A program made the translations under genes and the position numbers. A stretch of DNA of 55,301 nucleotides from Candidatus Roizmanbacteria bacterium RIFCSPHIGHO2_12_FULL_37_23. GTDB lineage: Bacteria; Patescibacteriota; Microgenomatia; UBA1406; HO2-37-13b. Each line of letters begins with the position of its first letter. Within the stretch, counting starts at the first letter, position 1. Shown here in pieces: positions 25,623 through 36,500 of the stretch. Under the pieces are notes generated by a model. The model was not told where the DNA came from, did not search any database, and saw only the letters and a list, made by a program, of their open reading frames with translations. Where the stretch lies: NCBI GenBank assembly GCA_001788095.1, contig MFZX01000038.1:1-55301 (forward strand), read 5' to 3'.

Positions 25623-28208
25623 ATGGTAAAGGATACAAAATCTATTCATGGTGAAGTTGCAACAGTCCTTACCTTAATCGCTCTTTTGGTCACAAGCATT
25701 GGTCTTATTATTGGATATCAAGCCACACAATACGCCAGTTCTTTTCAAAGAAATTCTCAAGCTTCTGAACAATTTATTCCTTTACCCTTTAATATCAATC
25801 TGGAAAGTATATTGCGTTCGCATGTCGAAGAAGATGATAAAAACAATAATGAACCTGTCATCACCGAGCCTGTTAATGTTCACAGCGAAGTTTGTTTTCC
25901 AATGGGAACACGAGGTAATGCTGTTATCGACCCATACTGTAGAGGAAGACTCTACCCTAACCAACTTGATGACCTCATTGAGAATGGTGGAAGTAATGTA
26001 CGCGCTATCTTTAATAGACTTGGAAGAGATGAAAACAATCCTAATCCAGCGATCGTCGCAACAACTCGGGGAGATCAAAGAACTATTAATATATACGGTT
26101 CTGTGTGCTTAAATGATAATTCATTGGGAAGAAGTAGCGTTATCCCAACAGAAGGTACAAAAATCTTCTTAAGTACATTTTCTGTACGAAAATACGCAGA
26201 TGAAGGTGGAAACATTGGGGTTGTACCTAACGATATAAACACAGCACTCGAAGGACTTGTCGCAAGCGCAGAAGATAAGCGAGGATCAGCTCAAGATACA
26301 CTTGCACTTGTTCACGAGGATCAATCAGTGTGTACTTTCACCAACGGACGTGATTCTTATCAAAATCTCGGAAACCCACTTATTTTCAACATCCAGTTTT
26401 CAGTGAGCCAGCTTGTTGAAAAAATTGAAACAATCGGTGGACGATCATTTAGACGTCCTGACAGGACGTTTGATACAAAAGAATGTAGCGTCTATGTGCA
26501 CTTACGATATAACGGACGAGGTGATGGACCAAAAGATACATATAACCTTATACGCATTCACCTTGCAGATTTACTTGAAAAGCCTGATCTTGATCGTATT
26601 TGTCCTGGAGCTTCACCTACTCCAACATATACTCCTACTCCAACACCATCTGATACACCAACCCCTACACCAACTATCTCAGTAACTCCAACTGATACGC
26701 CCACGCCAACTATTACATTAACACCAACCATAACATCAACGCCAACTATTACACCTACTCCAGAACCTCGAGTATGTACGTTTGAAGCGCTTGCTTTTGT
26801 ACAAGAATGTACTGAGTGGGAAAATGAAGAACTGGCCATATGTAAAAAGGATCAGAAAGGACACTTGATTGGTAAACCAGTCGTTTTACCCCAATATTCG
26901 CAAAATACCCAACCTCCTCAACATACTCTCGAATTCCCCTTATGGTCAAATACCAATAATAAAAGCGCACGAAGCGGCAAGATTATTTTTTATAACAACC
27001 CTCCAGTAAGCCCCAAACCTCTTGCTGGATTATTATCTGGTGAACCAATAACAGCAACGTATTATGGAACTAACAATTATAATATAAGCCCGTATCTTCC
27101 AGGCGAAGATGCACATGTATCTATAACCATAGATGGTGACCGGTATAATTTCCTCCCATCAGGAGGTAAGGAAATACGTATGTGTGAAAATAAAGACATT
27201 GGTTTAACTGGAACTGATGCATGCAATATAAATGCATTTGAACAGAATCGTAGTGATGTTGATACTGTTCACGGTCTTACTATTAATTGTGGACAAGACA
27301 TCGTGTATGGATGGACTTTGCAAAAATGTCAGCAGGTCTTTGATTATATTTTTGTCGTGGATACTTCTACATCAATGGCAAACTTCGATGATCCTTTTTA
27401 TGGAAAGCGCAAAATTGAAGTGCTAAAAGACAATCTCACAGGTTTTATAGATAATATAAGTAGAAGTACCGTCGACAACAGGGTCGCACTTATACAATTT
27501 AATAAAATGAGCGCTGTAAGAAGTTCTTTTTCAAGAGATTTTAATGGTTTGCAGGATATAGCGCGCAATGGACTTATTGTGAGAGAGGGAACGTGTATTG
27601 AATGCGGCATTGATGAAGCTCGAAATCTTATTCTAAGTCGCGCTGACACCTCAAGAAAACCAGTGGTTATTATACTCACTGACGGTCTTCCTAATAGCAA
27701 CCCGGGTGGGGCCGGGCCAGCTGAGGGATACATACCCGGTGTTCTTAGAGCTGCAAACCGACTTAAAAGTATTTCGGACATAACCATTGCTTCAATTGGA
27801 TATGGAGATCCTCTAAAAGCTGGTTCGGATATACGTGAACTTCCCAGAGCACAGTTTTACGAGACTATTATTAAACCAATTGCCACCGATGAAACATGGG
27901 CTTTCTCAACTGACACAAATCGAGCACAACAAGCAGGCACAATAAATGAAATTTATTCTAAGATTGGTGACCGACTCAATTCATGCGCGGTAAGTAGACT
28001 CAATTATGCACGATATGTAAAATCAAAGGATCTTAACGATGATGGAATTATTAACTCAGTAGATCTTCTTCTTATTTTCGAAGCTTATTTTCAACAAGGT
28101 AATAATCTGTCAGAAGATATTAATGGTGATGATATCGTAAATTCTCTCGATTCCTCACTCATTTTCCTTGATTATGGACAAGAAATTGATTTGCTTCTTG
28201 ACAAATAA
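25623..28208 (+). CDS. large prepilin-like surface protein with VWA domain and C-terminal dockerin
   Basis: HG|EVATVLTLIALLV; PT repeats; YIFVVDTSTSM MIDAS and ILTDGLPN; DLNDDGIINSVD / DINGDDIVNSLD. Confidence 0.75.
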   Translation: MVKDTKSIHGEVATVLTLIALLVTSIGLIIGYQATQYASSFQRNSQASEQFIPLPFNINLESILRSHVEEDDKNNNEPVITEPVNVHSEVCFPMGTRGNAVIDPYCRGRLYPNQLDDLIENGGSNVRAIFNRLGRDENNPNPAIVATTRGDQRTINIYGSVCLNDNSLGRSSVIPTEGTKIFLSTFSVRKYADEGGNIGVVPNDINTALEGLVASAEDKRGSAQDTLALVHEDQSVCTFTNGRDSYQNLGNPLIFNIQFSVSQLVEKIETIGGRSFRRPDRTFDTKECSVYVHLRYNGRGDGPKDTYNLIRIHLADLLEKPDLDRICPGASPTPTYTPTPTPSDTPTPTPTISVTPTDTPTPTITLTPTITSTPTITPTPEPRVCTFEALAFVQECTEWENEELAICKKDQKGHLIGKPVVLPQYSQNTQPPQHTLEFPLWSNTNNKSARSGKIIFYNNPPVSPKPLAGLLSGEPITATYYGTNNYNISPYLPGEDAHVSITIDGDRYNFLPSGGKEIRMCENKDIGLTGTDACNINAFEQNRSDVDTVHGLTINCGQDIVYGWTLQKCQQVFDYIFVVDTSTSMANFDDPFYGKRKIEVLKDNLTGFIDNISRSTVDNRVALIQFNKMSAVRSSFSRDFNGLQDIARNGLIVREGTCIECGIDEARNLILSRADTSRKPVVIILTDGLPNSNPGGAGPAEGYIPGVLRAANRLKSISDITIASIGYGDPLKAGSDIRELPRAQFYETIIKPIATDETWAFSTDTNRAQQAGTINEIYSKIGDRLNSCAVSRLNYARYVKSKDLNDDGIINSVDLLLIFEAYFQQGNNLSEDINGDDIVNSLDSSLIFLDYGQEIDLLLDK

Positions 28209-28216
28209 ATTGTAGT

Positions 28217-28816
28217 ATGGGTAGAATGAAGAGCATGGATGACGTTTCAAAAGACATTAAGGATTTTCACAAGCTGAATCCTAATAGAAAACTTGCTATT
28301 CTAGGAATCTTTCTTTTCGTTTTCGTTTCTGCAATTCTCATCGGCGTTTATCTTTCTAAAGGTAAAACTTCACTTCCTTCATTACAAGAAGGCACAACTC
28401 AACAAACACAGGAGGCTGATAAAACAACTCTTTCTATGACGTCAAGCGCAACAGAAGTTGCAGTTGGTGACACTGTAACAGTAACCGTAGCACTCGCACA
28501 AACTCCTGTACAAGCAGTCGATTTGGTTGTGAATTTTGATCCAACCATGTTCAAAGCTTCAAATGTTGTAAACGGTACCGTATATGATGATATTTTGAGA
28601 AGTGAGGTTAAAGACGGACAGGTTGTTGTATCAGCTACAGTAAGTCCAAGCGATCCAACAAACTTAAAAACCGGTGACGTATTCACATTTACACTTCAAG
28701 CTCTTAAAGCTGGAAAAGGAGTACTTGAGTTTGATCCTAAACTTACAATTACCGCGAAAAATGGTGTGAATACATTAGGAACTGCTGGAGGAGCAACGAT
28801 CACAGTCGCACGATAA
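28217..28816 (+). CDS. TM-anchored single cohesin protein
   Basis: VGDTVTVTVAL...VQAVDLVVNFDP...VFTFTLQAL...LEFD. Confidence 0.75.
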   Translation: MGRMKSMDDVSKDIKDFHKLNPNRKLAILGIFLFVFVSAILIGVYLSKGKTSLPSLQEGTTQQTQEADKTTLSMTSSATEVAVGDTVTVTVALAQTPVQAVDLVVNFDPTMFKASNVVNGTVYDDILRSEVKDGQVVVSATVSPSDPTNLKTGDVFTFTLQALKAGKGVLEFDPKLTITAKNGVNTLGTAGGATITVAR

Positions 28817-28827
28817 TACGCTGTAAC

Positions 28828-31782
28828 ATGAAATTAGACAGTCGATTCAATCAAAAAGGCGAAATTGCCACATTATTGACCATTGTTTCAATGGTCGTTA
28901 TTGCGTTTGGACTCTTTGTGGGATCACAGGTAAGTCGTCAGGCTGGTCCTATCAATGTTCCCCCACGAGCCGCAGGACCTTCACCAACTCCAAAAATATT
29001 CAGCCTTATTACAGTTCCGGTTCCCGAACACGACGAAGCATGCTATCCATTTGGAGATACAGACAATCCGATCTTTGATCCATTTTGTCGAACACGACTA
29101 TACCCTGGCTCTTTTAGAACTGTTGAAACAGTAGTACGATCAACACAGGATGAATTAATAAAACCTGTGCGTAACGCAAGTGTCCCAGCAATAGTTTTTA
29201 ATCCTCTCAATTATAGTGGGAGTGGTCCTCAATCTATAGATGTTTATGGTACTCTGTGTTTAAAAAGAAATACAGGTACGGATACGAGAAATTTCAACTT
29301 GGGAACAGCTGATCTGTACATGAGTCCATATGCAGTGCAAAAATATGTAACTGAAGATGGTGAAATAGGTATCGTTCCTCTTGATATGACAAAAGCTCAA
29401 AAAGTATTAAAGAGCGCACAGGACTCTGATGGAACGCTTACTGTTGCTCGCCCAGGACAAGAGGTCTGTTCGTTCCAAGGTAATGATCGAGACAATCCTG
29501 TTTACGATGAAAGTAAATCTCGCTATCAAGCAAAAAACAATCCATTACTATTCAAGATTCATCTTGAGAGAAGTGATTTTATTCGAGATATTGAAATTGC
29601 AAAAAATGATACAAGCAGACCTTATAATACTGAAGAATGTGCTGTTTATATTCATCTTGAGAGGGATGGAAAACTCGATACGTTCAATATATTAAAGATT
29701 GATCTGGAAGATTTGGTTGGAGAAGAGGAAAAAAATAGATTATGTCCCAAAGATACACCTACACCAACTCCTCCCACAGAGACTCCAACCGAGACACCCA
29801 CAGAAACACCTACGCTCACTCCTACAGAAACTCCCCCTCCTCCCTTTGAAGCTGCGTGTTATGAGGAATGTAGTGTAAGAGATCCTCAAATAACGTGTAG
29901 AGATGAAGTAATTCCTGGAAAAGGACCACTTCGATGTTATGAAGTAGAAACAGATATCACACCTACTCCTCCCCGATTCCCAGCGGATGATACTTCGGAT
30001 AGCTTCTCAGAAGATCGAAGTGGACGCGGACCTTCTGGAACTGGTCCTCAAGTAGTAGGTAACTGTACAGCGAGTTCTGCTGAATGTCTTTGTCTTCCAA
30101 CATCATGCGCAAGTGGTGATGACTGCTCATCGCCAAAACTTGCTTGTGAACCACCAACGACTACGCCAACAGACACACCTACACCAACAGAAGTTCCTCC
30201 TCAAGCATGTACATATAATGCGATAGCTTATATTCAAGAGTGTGCTGATTTTGATTTTGCGCAAAACATATGTAAATCTGCAAAGCCACTTGAACCTACA
30301 GAACTTAGAAATGCAAAAAAATGGGGCATTGCAAACAACCTACAGATCAAAAATCGTGGAGACGCGCTTGTCGATCCTGTTCTCCCACCGCATCCGTTGG
30401 TAGGTACAAAGTTTAGAAACTTGAGGACCGAAGTAGACAGTAGAGGAACGACTAGAGATTTCTTTGCGAGACCAGTTGATGTCTCATTTAATCTGCTTCC
30501 TGGACAAAATCCAACTGATCTAGGAAAAGATAGTGGAATTAAAATCTTTGAACCAAATGACAATTCTCCTGAAGATTCTCCTGAAGCTGAAAAGTACTTT
30601 AATGGTGAAACTGCCTTTTCACGACTTTACTTAGATGAAGATGAATATAGGATTATTCCAAATAAAGGAAGTTACCCAGGAAATGCGATTCTAAGATGTG
30701 ACAATACTCATGGGCTTACAGCGTGTAATACAGAAGGTAATAGTCCTGTGGATACACAAGCATCACTCACTGATATCGGCAACTTCAATGTACAGTGTGG
30801 AGACGAAATCTTATATGGCTGGACTGTTCTAAAATGTATCGATAAACCACTTGATCTTGTGTTTGTGGTTGATACGTCATCTACAATGTTAGACAACACA
30901 GACAACAAGGGGGTAAAAAGAATTGTTGCTGCAAAAGCAATTCTTCAAGATTTTGTTGAAAACCAGCTCGCGTCATTTAATAATATAAATCAAATAGGAT
31001 TAGTATCGTTTAATAGAGATGCCCGCGTTGAACTTCGCTTAACACCAAAAGAAAATACTTACGCAATTCTTGATATACTTTCAGACCCGAATCGTCTACA
31101 GAACCAAGAATTTACTGAGATTGATGAAGGTTTGGCTCTCACTGATGAAGTCTTCACAAATGCAAATACAGAAAAAGTTATTATTCTTATAACCGATGGT
31201 GGGGTCAATCCATGCCATACTCGCTATGGATGCCCACCTCTTGATCCACAAAATGATGCTCGAAGAGTGCTTGTTGGGGAACAAAAACTTTACGACATTG
31301 CGAACAGATTAAAGAATACTCAAGGAAGAGTCATTATTTCAATGGCGATTGGTAACGATAGTGATAAAGTAACCTTTAGACCTGATATTCTCGGAAAAGT
31401 CGCTTCGTGTATTGATGGTAGTGACTGCCCAAGCAATGATCAATTTAGATACAATGATCCAAACTTAGGCTTGGTTCTTGAAAAGAAGCACTATTTGTCT
31501 AATCCAAATGCTACAACAGTTACAGCTGTTGTAGATGGTCTTATTAAAGGACTTAACACCTGTAACCTTATGCAAGCTAACTTTGTGAAATCACTTAAGT
31601 CTAAAGATGTTAACGGTGATGGAATCATCAATAGCGTCGATCTATTCCTCATATTTGATAATTACTTTGCTCAAGGTGAAAACATTCCCGAAGACGTTAA
31701 TAGCGACGGAATTGTGAATTCTCTTGATGTGACTGAGATATTTGCTGACTATGGTACGGTAGTTCCAACGGAAACCAAGTAA
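28828..31782 (+). CDS. large prepilin-like surface protein with VWA domain and C-terminal dockerin (paralog of 25623)
   Basis: QKG|EIATLLTIV; LVFVVDTSSTM, ILITDG; DVNGDGIINSVD / DVNSDGIVNSLD. Confidence 0.75.
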   Translation: MKLDSRFNQKGEIATLLTIVSMVVIAFGLFVGSQVSRQAGPINVPPRAAGPSPTPKIFSLITVPVPEHDEACYPFGDTDNPIFDPFCRTRLYPGSFRTVETVVRSTQDELIKPVRNASVPAIVFNPLNYSGSGPQSIDVYGTLCLKRNTGTDTRNFNLGTADLYMSPYAVQKYVTEDGEIGIVPLDMTKAQKVLKSAQDSDGTLTVARPGQEVCSFQGNDRDNPVYDESKSRYQAKNNPLLFKIHLERSDFIRDIEIAKNDTSRPYNTEECAVYIHLERDGKLDTFNILKIDLEDLVGEEEKNRLCPKDTPTPTPPTETPTETPTETPTLTPTETPPPPFEAACYEECSVRDPQITCRDEVIPGKGPLRCYEVETDITPTPPRFPADDTSDSFSEDRSGRGPSGTGPQVVGNCTASSAECLCLPTSCASGDDCSSPKLACEPPTTTPTDTPTPTEVPPQACTYNAIAYIQECADFDFAQNICKSAKPLEPTELRNAKKWGIANNLQIKNRGDALVDPVLPPHPLVGTKFRNLRTEVDSRGTTRDFFARPVDVSFNLLPGQNPTDLGKDSGIKIFEPNDNSPEDSPEAEKYFNGETAFSRLYLDEDEYRIIPNKGSYPGNAILRCDNTHGLTACNTEGNSPVDTQASLTDIGNFNVQCGDEILYGWTVLKCIDKPLDLVFVVDTSSTMLDNTDNKGVKRIVAAKAILQDFVENQLASFNNINQIGLVSFNRDARVELRLTPKENTYAILDILSDPNRLQNQEFTEIDEGLALTDEVFTNANTEKVIILITDGGVNPCHTRYGCPPLDPQNDARRVLVGEQKLYDIANRLKNTQGRVIISMAIGNDSDKVTFRPDILGKVASCIDGSDCPSNDQFRYNDPNLGLVLEKKHYLSNPNATTVTAVVDGLIKGLNTCNLMQANFVKSLKSKDVNGDGIINSVDLFLIFDNYFAQGENIPEDVNSDGIVNSLDVTEIFADYGTVVPTETK

Positions 31783-31784
31783 TT

Positions 31785-32612
31785 GTGAAACCAACTGCTA
31801 CGACATCTGTTTTATTACTCTCAATGCTCATCTTTATAATATTGGTTCTCGTAGCAGGTGTTTCGTTTCTCAGAAGTGGAAATTTCCTAAGCACGAATCC
31901 ACGCGCACAAAATCAAGAAAATATTACATCAAATACCTTTTCCCTACCCCAGTGCCCACTTCGTATAAATATCCATGTTAAAGAAGCCACAGAAGACGGC
32001 GAGGAAATACTTTTACAGATGTCCGATGTTCGCGAGGATGATGTTCAATGGGGATTTGTGGATGCCTTACACACTTCTACCGGAGATAGAAAAGCGATTT
32101 CATTTAATCATGATACATATGTCCAATATTCTATGTACGCGAGCGAATTATCATTTGTGCCTTTTCCTGAAGTAGATGAGGTTTATGAGGAGGGCTCAAA
32201 TACGTTCGTACGTTTTTTGTATAACCAAAATAACTTTGATATTTTGAGAAAAGAAGTAATTCGATGCAACTCAACAGAAAGCGAACAATGGCTATGTAAG
32301 CCAGATCTACAAGAAAATTTAGACACTATTTCTGGAATAACGCTTAAATGTAATATGGATTTAGACCTTGGATGGGTTGTTTTACGAAAATCGGAAACTG
32401 TTCAAAATACTTCCTCATTTTCCAAAAATCGTAAAGCCGTGTTCAAAACGTGCGATTTGAATGACGATAGTGCATGTAACACTATTGACCTCCTTATCGT
32501 GCTGGAATCGTATGGCAAACGCGGCTCAGATACTTCTGTAGCAGATCTCAATAATGACTCTCGAGTAGATGCGCTCGATTACACAATTGTCTTTGACCAA
32601 GTAGTAAACTAA
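31785..32612 (+). CDS. TM protein with the shared CGxDxxYGW-type domain and a dockerin
   Basis: ITLKCNMDLDLGW; DLNDDSACNTID / DLNNDSRVDALD. Confidence 0.7.
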   Translation: MKPTATTSVLLLSMLIFIILVLVAGVSFLRSGNFLSTNPRAQNQENITSNTFSLPQCPLRINIHVKEATEDGEEILLQMSDVREDDVQWGFVDALHTSTGDRKAISFNHDTYVQYSMYASELSFVPFPEVDEVYEEGSNTFVRFLYNQNNFDILRKEVIRCNSTESEQWLCKPDLQENLDTISGITLKCNMDLDLGWVVLRKSETVQNTSSFSKNRKAVFKTCDLNDDSACNTIDLLIVLESYGKRGSDTSVADLNNDSRVDALDYTIVFDQVVN

Positions 32613-32632
32613 TAAGCTAGCCTCAGCTTCGC

Positions 32633-32663
32633 CTCAAATCCCACCTCGGGAGTGGGATTTGAG
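32633..32663. repeat. REP palindrome, left of RAYT
   Basis: ctcaaatcccac-ctcggga-gtgggatttgag. Confidence 0.85.
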
Positions 32664-33323
32664 CTTGGAGTTCGACTTTAGCCTCTTTTGATAGTCCGCT
32701 CTATCTAAAACGAATTTCATGTATGAATCTCTGTTTGAAAAATAAGACAAAATTTTCTCTGTAGCTATTAAATCGTCTTTCTCCTTGCCAGAATAGAAAG
32801 AAAGCGATGAATATTTATATTGCAGAAGCTCTTCAGTTGAAGACAAGACTCCTGAACTATAAGGATTGAGATGAATATAGGCAGAAGTGTGAATAAATTG
32901 TTCTCTAGTTTTAATATGTTGGGTTTTAAACCTACCTTGATATAGAGGCCCAACTCTTTCTATCGCTGTATTTAGATAGCGAGCATAACTATTCTCAAAA
33001 TTTGACATAAATATAGAAATACCATGATCGGATAATTGTTTGAGCTGAAAATGAAAATGATTAGGCATTAATACAAAACTTAAAATTTCAACGTGGAATT
33101 TCTTTTCTGAGCGGGTTTTATCAAAAAGTACTTGCTGCTCACAGGGTGGTAATTTATTAAAATCTGATAACTTCATAGGTAGATTGACATTTTGATAAAA
33201 AAATATTGCTTTATAAGCTCTCTCGTATGATTCTCTACCTGAAAAAATCTTTTGGCGATTAACACCTCTATTATAGACGTGATAATATTCTCCTTGAATT
33301 AGTGGAATCTTTCTTCCTGGCAT
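32634..33323 (-). mobile_element. REP-associated tyrosine transposase (RAYT, IS200/Y1 family)
   Basis: YYHVYNRG, FVLMPNHFH (HUH), YQGRFK, YIHLNP; flanked by two REPs. Confidence 0.88.
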
Positions 33324-33378
33324 TTTCGCTAATATATCAGAAAGTTATTAAATTTCTATTAGAGCCCCGTTATTCTGC

Positions 33379-33409
33379 CTCAAATCCCACTCCCGAGGTG
33401 GGATTTGAG
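33379..33409. repeat. REP palindrome, right of RAYT
   Basis: ctcaaatcccac-tcccgag-gtgggatttgag, exact reverse complement of the left copy. Confidence 0.85.
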
Positions 33410-33538
33410 CTTAAACGAGCTTAAATGAAGCTTGACTTCCGTTGTTTTCTTCTCTACTATGAAGATATACCACTACGCCCCGATTCAATCGGGGCTACGT
33501 TAGGTATAGCCAATTTTTACAATAAAAGTGGTATAGGC

Positions 33539-36500
33539 ATGAATAGAAAACAAGGCTCCATTTCTGGTCTTCTGCTTGCAGGAATTAGTGTTGTTGCAAT
33601 AATTACTGCTGTAGCTGGTTTGCAGTTGAACAATAGAAGTCTCAATAAACAAGTTGAGGCTGATACTATGACTGCAGATGCTCGCTTAATAAAAGACAGC
33701 GCTACATTAACTAAAATTAAAGACAATCAAATACAAATTAGGGCATCATTTTGTTATGCTCAGGACTTACGATCAGGTGGTAGAGAGGAATGGCTTGTTT
33801 TCCCGAACTTATCTAACGGATTTGTACTTGAGGATGGGAAAACGAGCGCACATATTGATTCGGGTAAAATATATACGGGAACGGGATTTCCGGCATCGTG
33901 TGAATACTCAAATAGGGATACAGGTGAAGCTGATTATGACGCTGAGCGTGGGCAGTATTTTACTGTGACTGCGACCTTTCCCCAACCATTAAACAGCGAT
34001 TATTGTCCTGACGTGTATCTTGGGTATAAAGGTTTTTGGTTTCAAGATACTAACCGATTCGCAAAAATCATTTTAAAAAATCACGAAAACATCTGCACTC
34101 CAAAAGTGGTGCCTTCAGCAGTACCCAGTGCACCTGTAGCAACAAACACTCCTACGCCCTCACCCACCACACCCCCTGTTGCAACAGGCTCTATAGAAGG
34201 AAAAATTTCGGTTTATGCATGCAGTCAACCCGATGCAGTCCAACTTATTTACTGTGAAAACGCGACGTGTAATTTGAGTTCGCCCTTACGTAGTTCGGGG
34301 ACTTCTCCACAAGAACACGGCATTTGGTTGACTGATTCCAATGAAGATAATACATGGATTTACCAGTATAAGATCTCCAAAAATTCAAATGGTGAAAATC
34401 TTTCCCCGGAAAAAACGTATGAATTTAAGGGTGCTCGAGCTTATTTTGCTAATACACCATATTGGTCAGAAGGCGAGGATCCTCAAAATAAACTTCGTGT
34501 GAAAACTGGAGATAAAAGAGACTTTACTATAGATGCACAGAAAACATGTGGTTGTCCATTTAACGCAGTTTCTTATATTAAAGATGTGAATGGTAATTAT
34601 ATTTCAGCTCTTGATGGTAAACAAGGCCTTGCTGGGACGCACAACAATAAACAGCGTTTTGAAAAAGGAGATTTTCCTGTTCCTAACTTCCCTTTCAATC
34701 ATCTTGGAAATAATTCAGGTCGAATCGACGTACATTATACTGACCTTGGCGATTTTATGAGTGTGAGAAGTTTTGGTCATGACGCGCTCGCTTCTGTAAA
34801 GCTTATTGCACCAGGATACAAAGTCCTTCGCCAAGAATGCAAGAGTAACAATCCAGATGTCTCCGCTTGCCCTACGTACAAGAATAGCTATTCAGCCTCT
34901 GCGCAAGAGCTTATCCAACCGGAATTATTCCAAAACCTACGCGTTACATGCGGTACGGATCTCGATTATGGCTGGATAATAGAAGCAAAACCAACACCAA
35001 CCCCACAACCAAGTAACAAAGGTGAGCTTGAAGTTGCTGTGTTTGTTACAACAGATGGTAGAGCCCCAAACAGTTGTCATCTCAGAACACTACGAGATAC
35101 TGTTGGTGGTAATTCAGCATGGTTCCGTAGTGGATGTGAGATGAAACTTACTAACAAAAATACAGGTGAAACATTTGAACAAAATATTAAATCTTACAGT
35201 GATAAAAAGGGTCAGGAATCTGGCGGATGCGTTGGGTATAATTTTAGCAATTTACCTTTTGGGAGATATGAGTTAGAAATCAGCGTCGACCATGAAAGTA
35301 GATTGGATATTGCCAAACAATGTACAAGAGATGAACTTCCGGCTCCTTATTACCGAATGGACAATATTGAGATTACTAAAGGTGAAGATGCTCGAAATAA
35401 ATCATATACTGCGGTTGTTTATCAGCCTGATAGAGATAAATGTGAACTTAATGTAACTACTGGCGCGATTTGTGACCAGGATGGTGGAGACAAAATCGTT
35501 CGTTTAGGACCTTCTAGCTTCCTCTGCTGTATAGAAGAAGGAGGGAGTGGTGGAGGAGGCGGAGGCGGAGGTGGCGGAGGTAGCTCTGGGGGCGTGTGTC
35601 CACAATGGTGTGCTACTCCAGAATATTGTAGAAGTAGAGGTTTTGAACCAAGAGGACTCCCCCAAGGTGAATCATGTGGTGGTAGCAATGAACAATGGTG
35701 TTGCCCTCCGGGGACAGAGCTCCCAGGAGGCAGTGGTGGTGGCGCTGACCTGCCAGGTTGCTGCGATAGAAGCTTAGGCAATAGCCAATGTCCGAATGGA
35801 CAAACATGCTCCATTTCAAATGGTAGTTGCAGAAACGGTTTTTCATGCGATCCTGATTCTGGATCCGGTAGGGGGCCGGGTGGAGGTGCTGGACAATCAT
35901 GCAGTAATGGCCAAGGGACATGTAAATCTGCATGTGGATCAGGTGAGACTCCATTCCAAGGACCAGGTTTATGCAGTACAGGATTAACATGCTGTGGCAC
36001 CACTTCCACTGAGAGACCAGCGCAATGTGGACTTATTTATTCAAATGCAGGTACATGTAAAAGAGAAACATTGTGTCCATCTGATTGCATAGGTGCATCA
36101 GGCGGTGGATATCAATGTTGCAGATTTGCAACAAGAGAGGGTCAATGTAGAGCTGTAGGAAGTGGCAGATCAGCATGTAGCCAATGTGACGAATCTCGTG
36201 AGGACTGCACTGTTGATAACGCTTCAAACGCGGCGTTCTGCTGTCCGGAAGCAAATCAGCAACAAGAAACACTCCCCTGTTCAAATCCCATAAAATCATA
36301 TGGGAAAGATACTGGAGCATTTGTACAATGCATGAGAGATTCTGCATGTTCAGATGGAATTTGCAGCGCAAGTAATGTTGGAAGCTGGTTCTGTTGTCCT
36401 AAGAACCAACCGCCCCCACCTCCACCATCAAGCGGCGGATGTGAAAAAACTGGTTATGGAGCACATGAAATTCCACAATGCCATGATTATTGTGCGGGAA

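Noticed and set aside
25554-25649. Overlap of the divergent genes 24711-25649 and 25611-28208
   Set aside because: Disappears with starts at 25553 and 25623
24427-26839. Antisense Val/Gly-rich ORFs opposite Pro/Thr linkers (e.g. 24427-25140, 26558-26839)
   Set aside because: Mirror frames of ACN/CCN-rich linkers
33324-33538. ORF-track start at 33425 for the 1191-aa protein
   Set aside because: Extension has no signal features; ATG at 33539 gives the prepilin-like N-terminus shared with the paralogs
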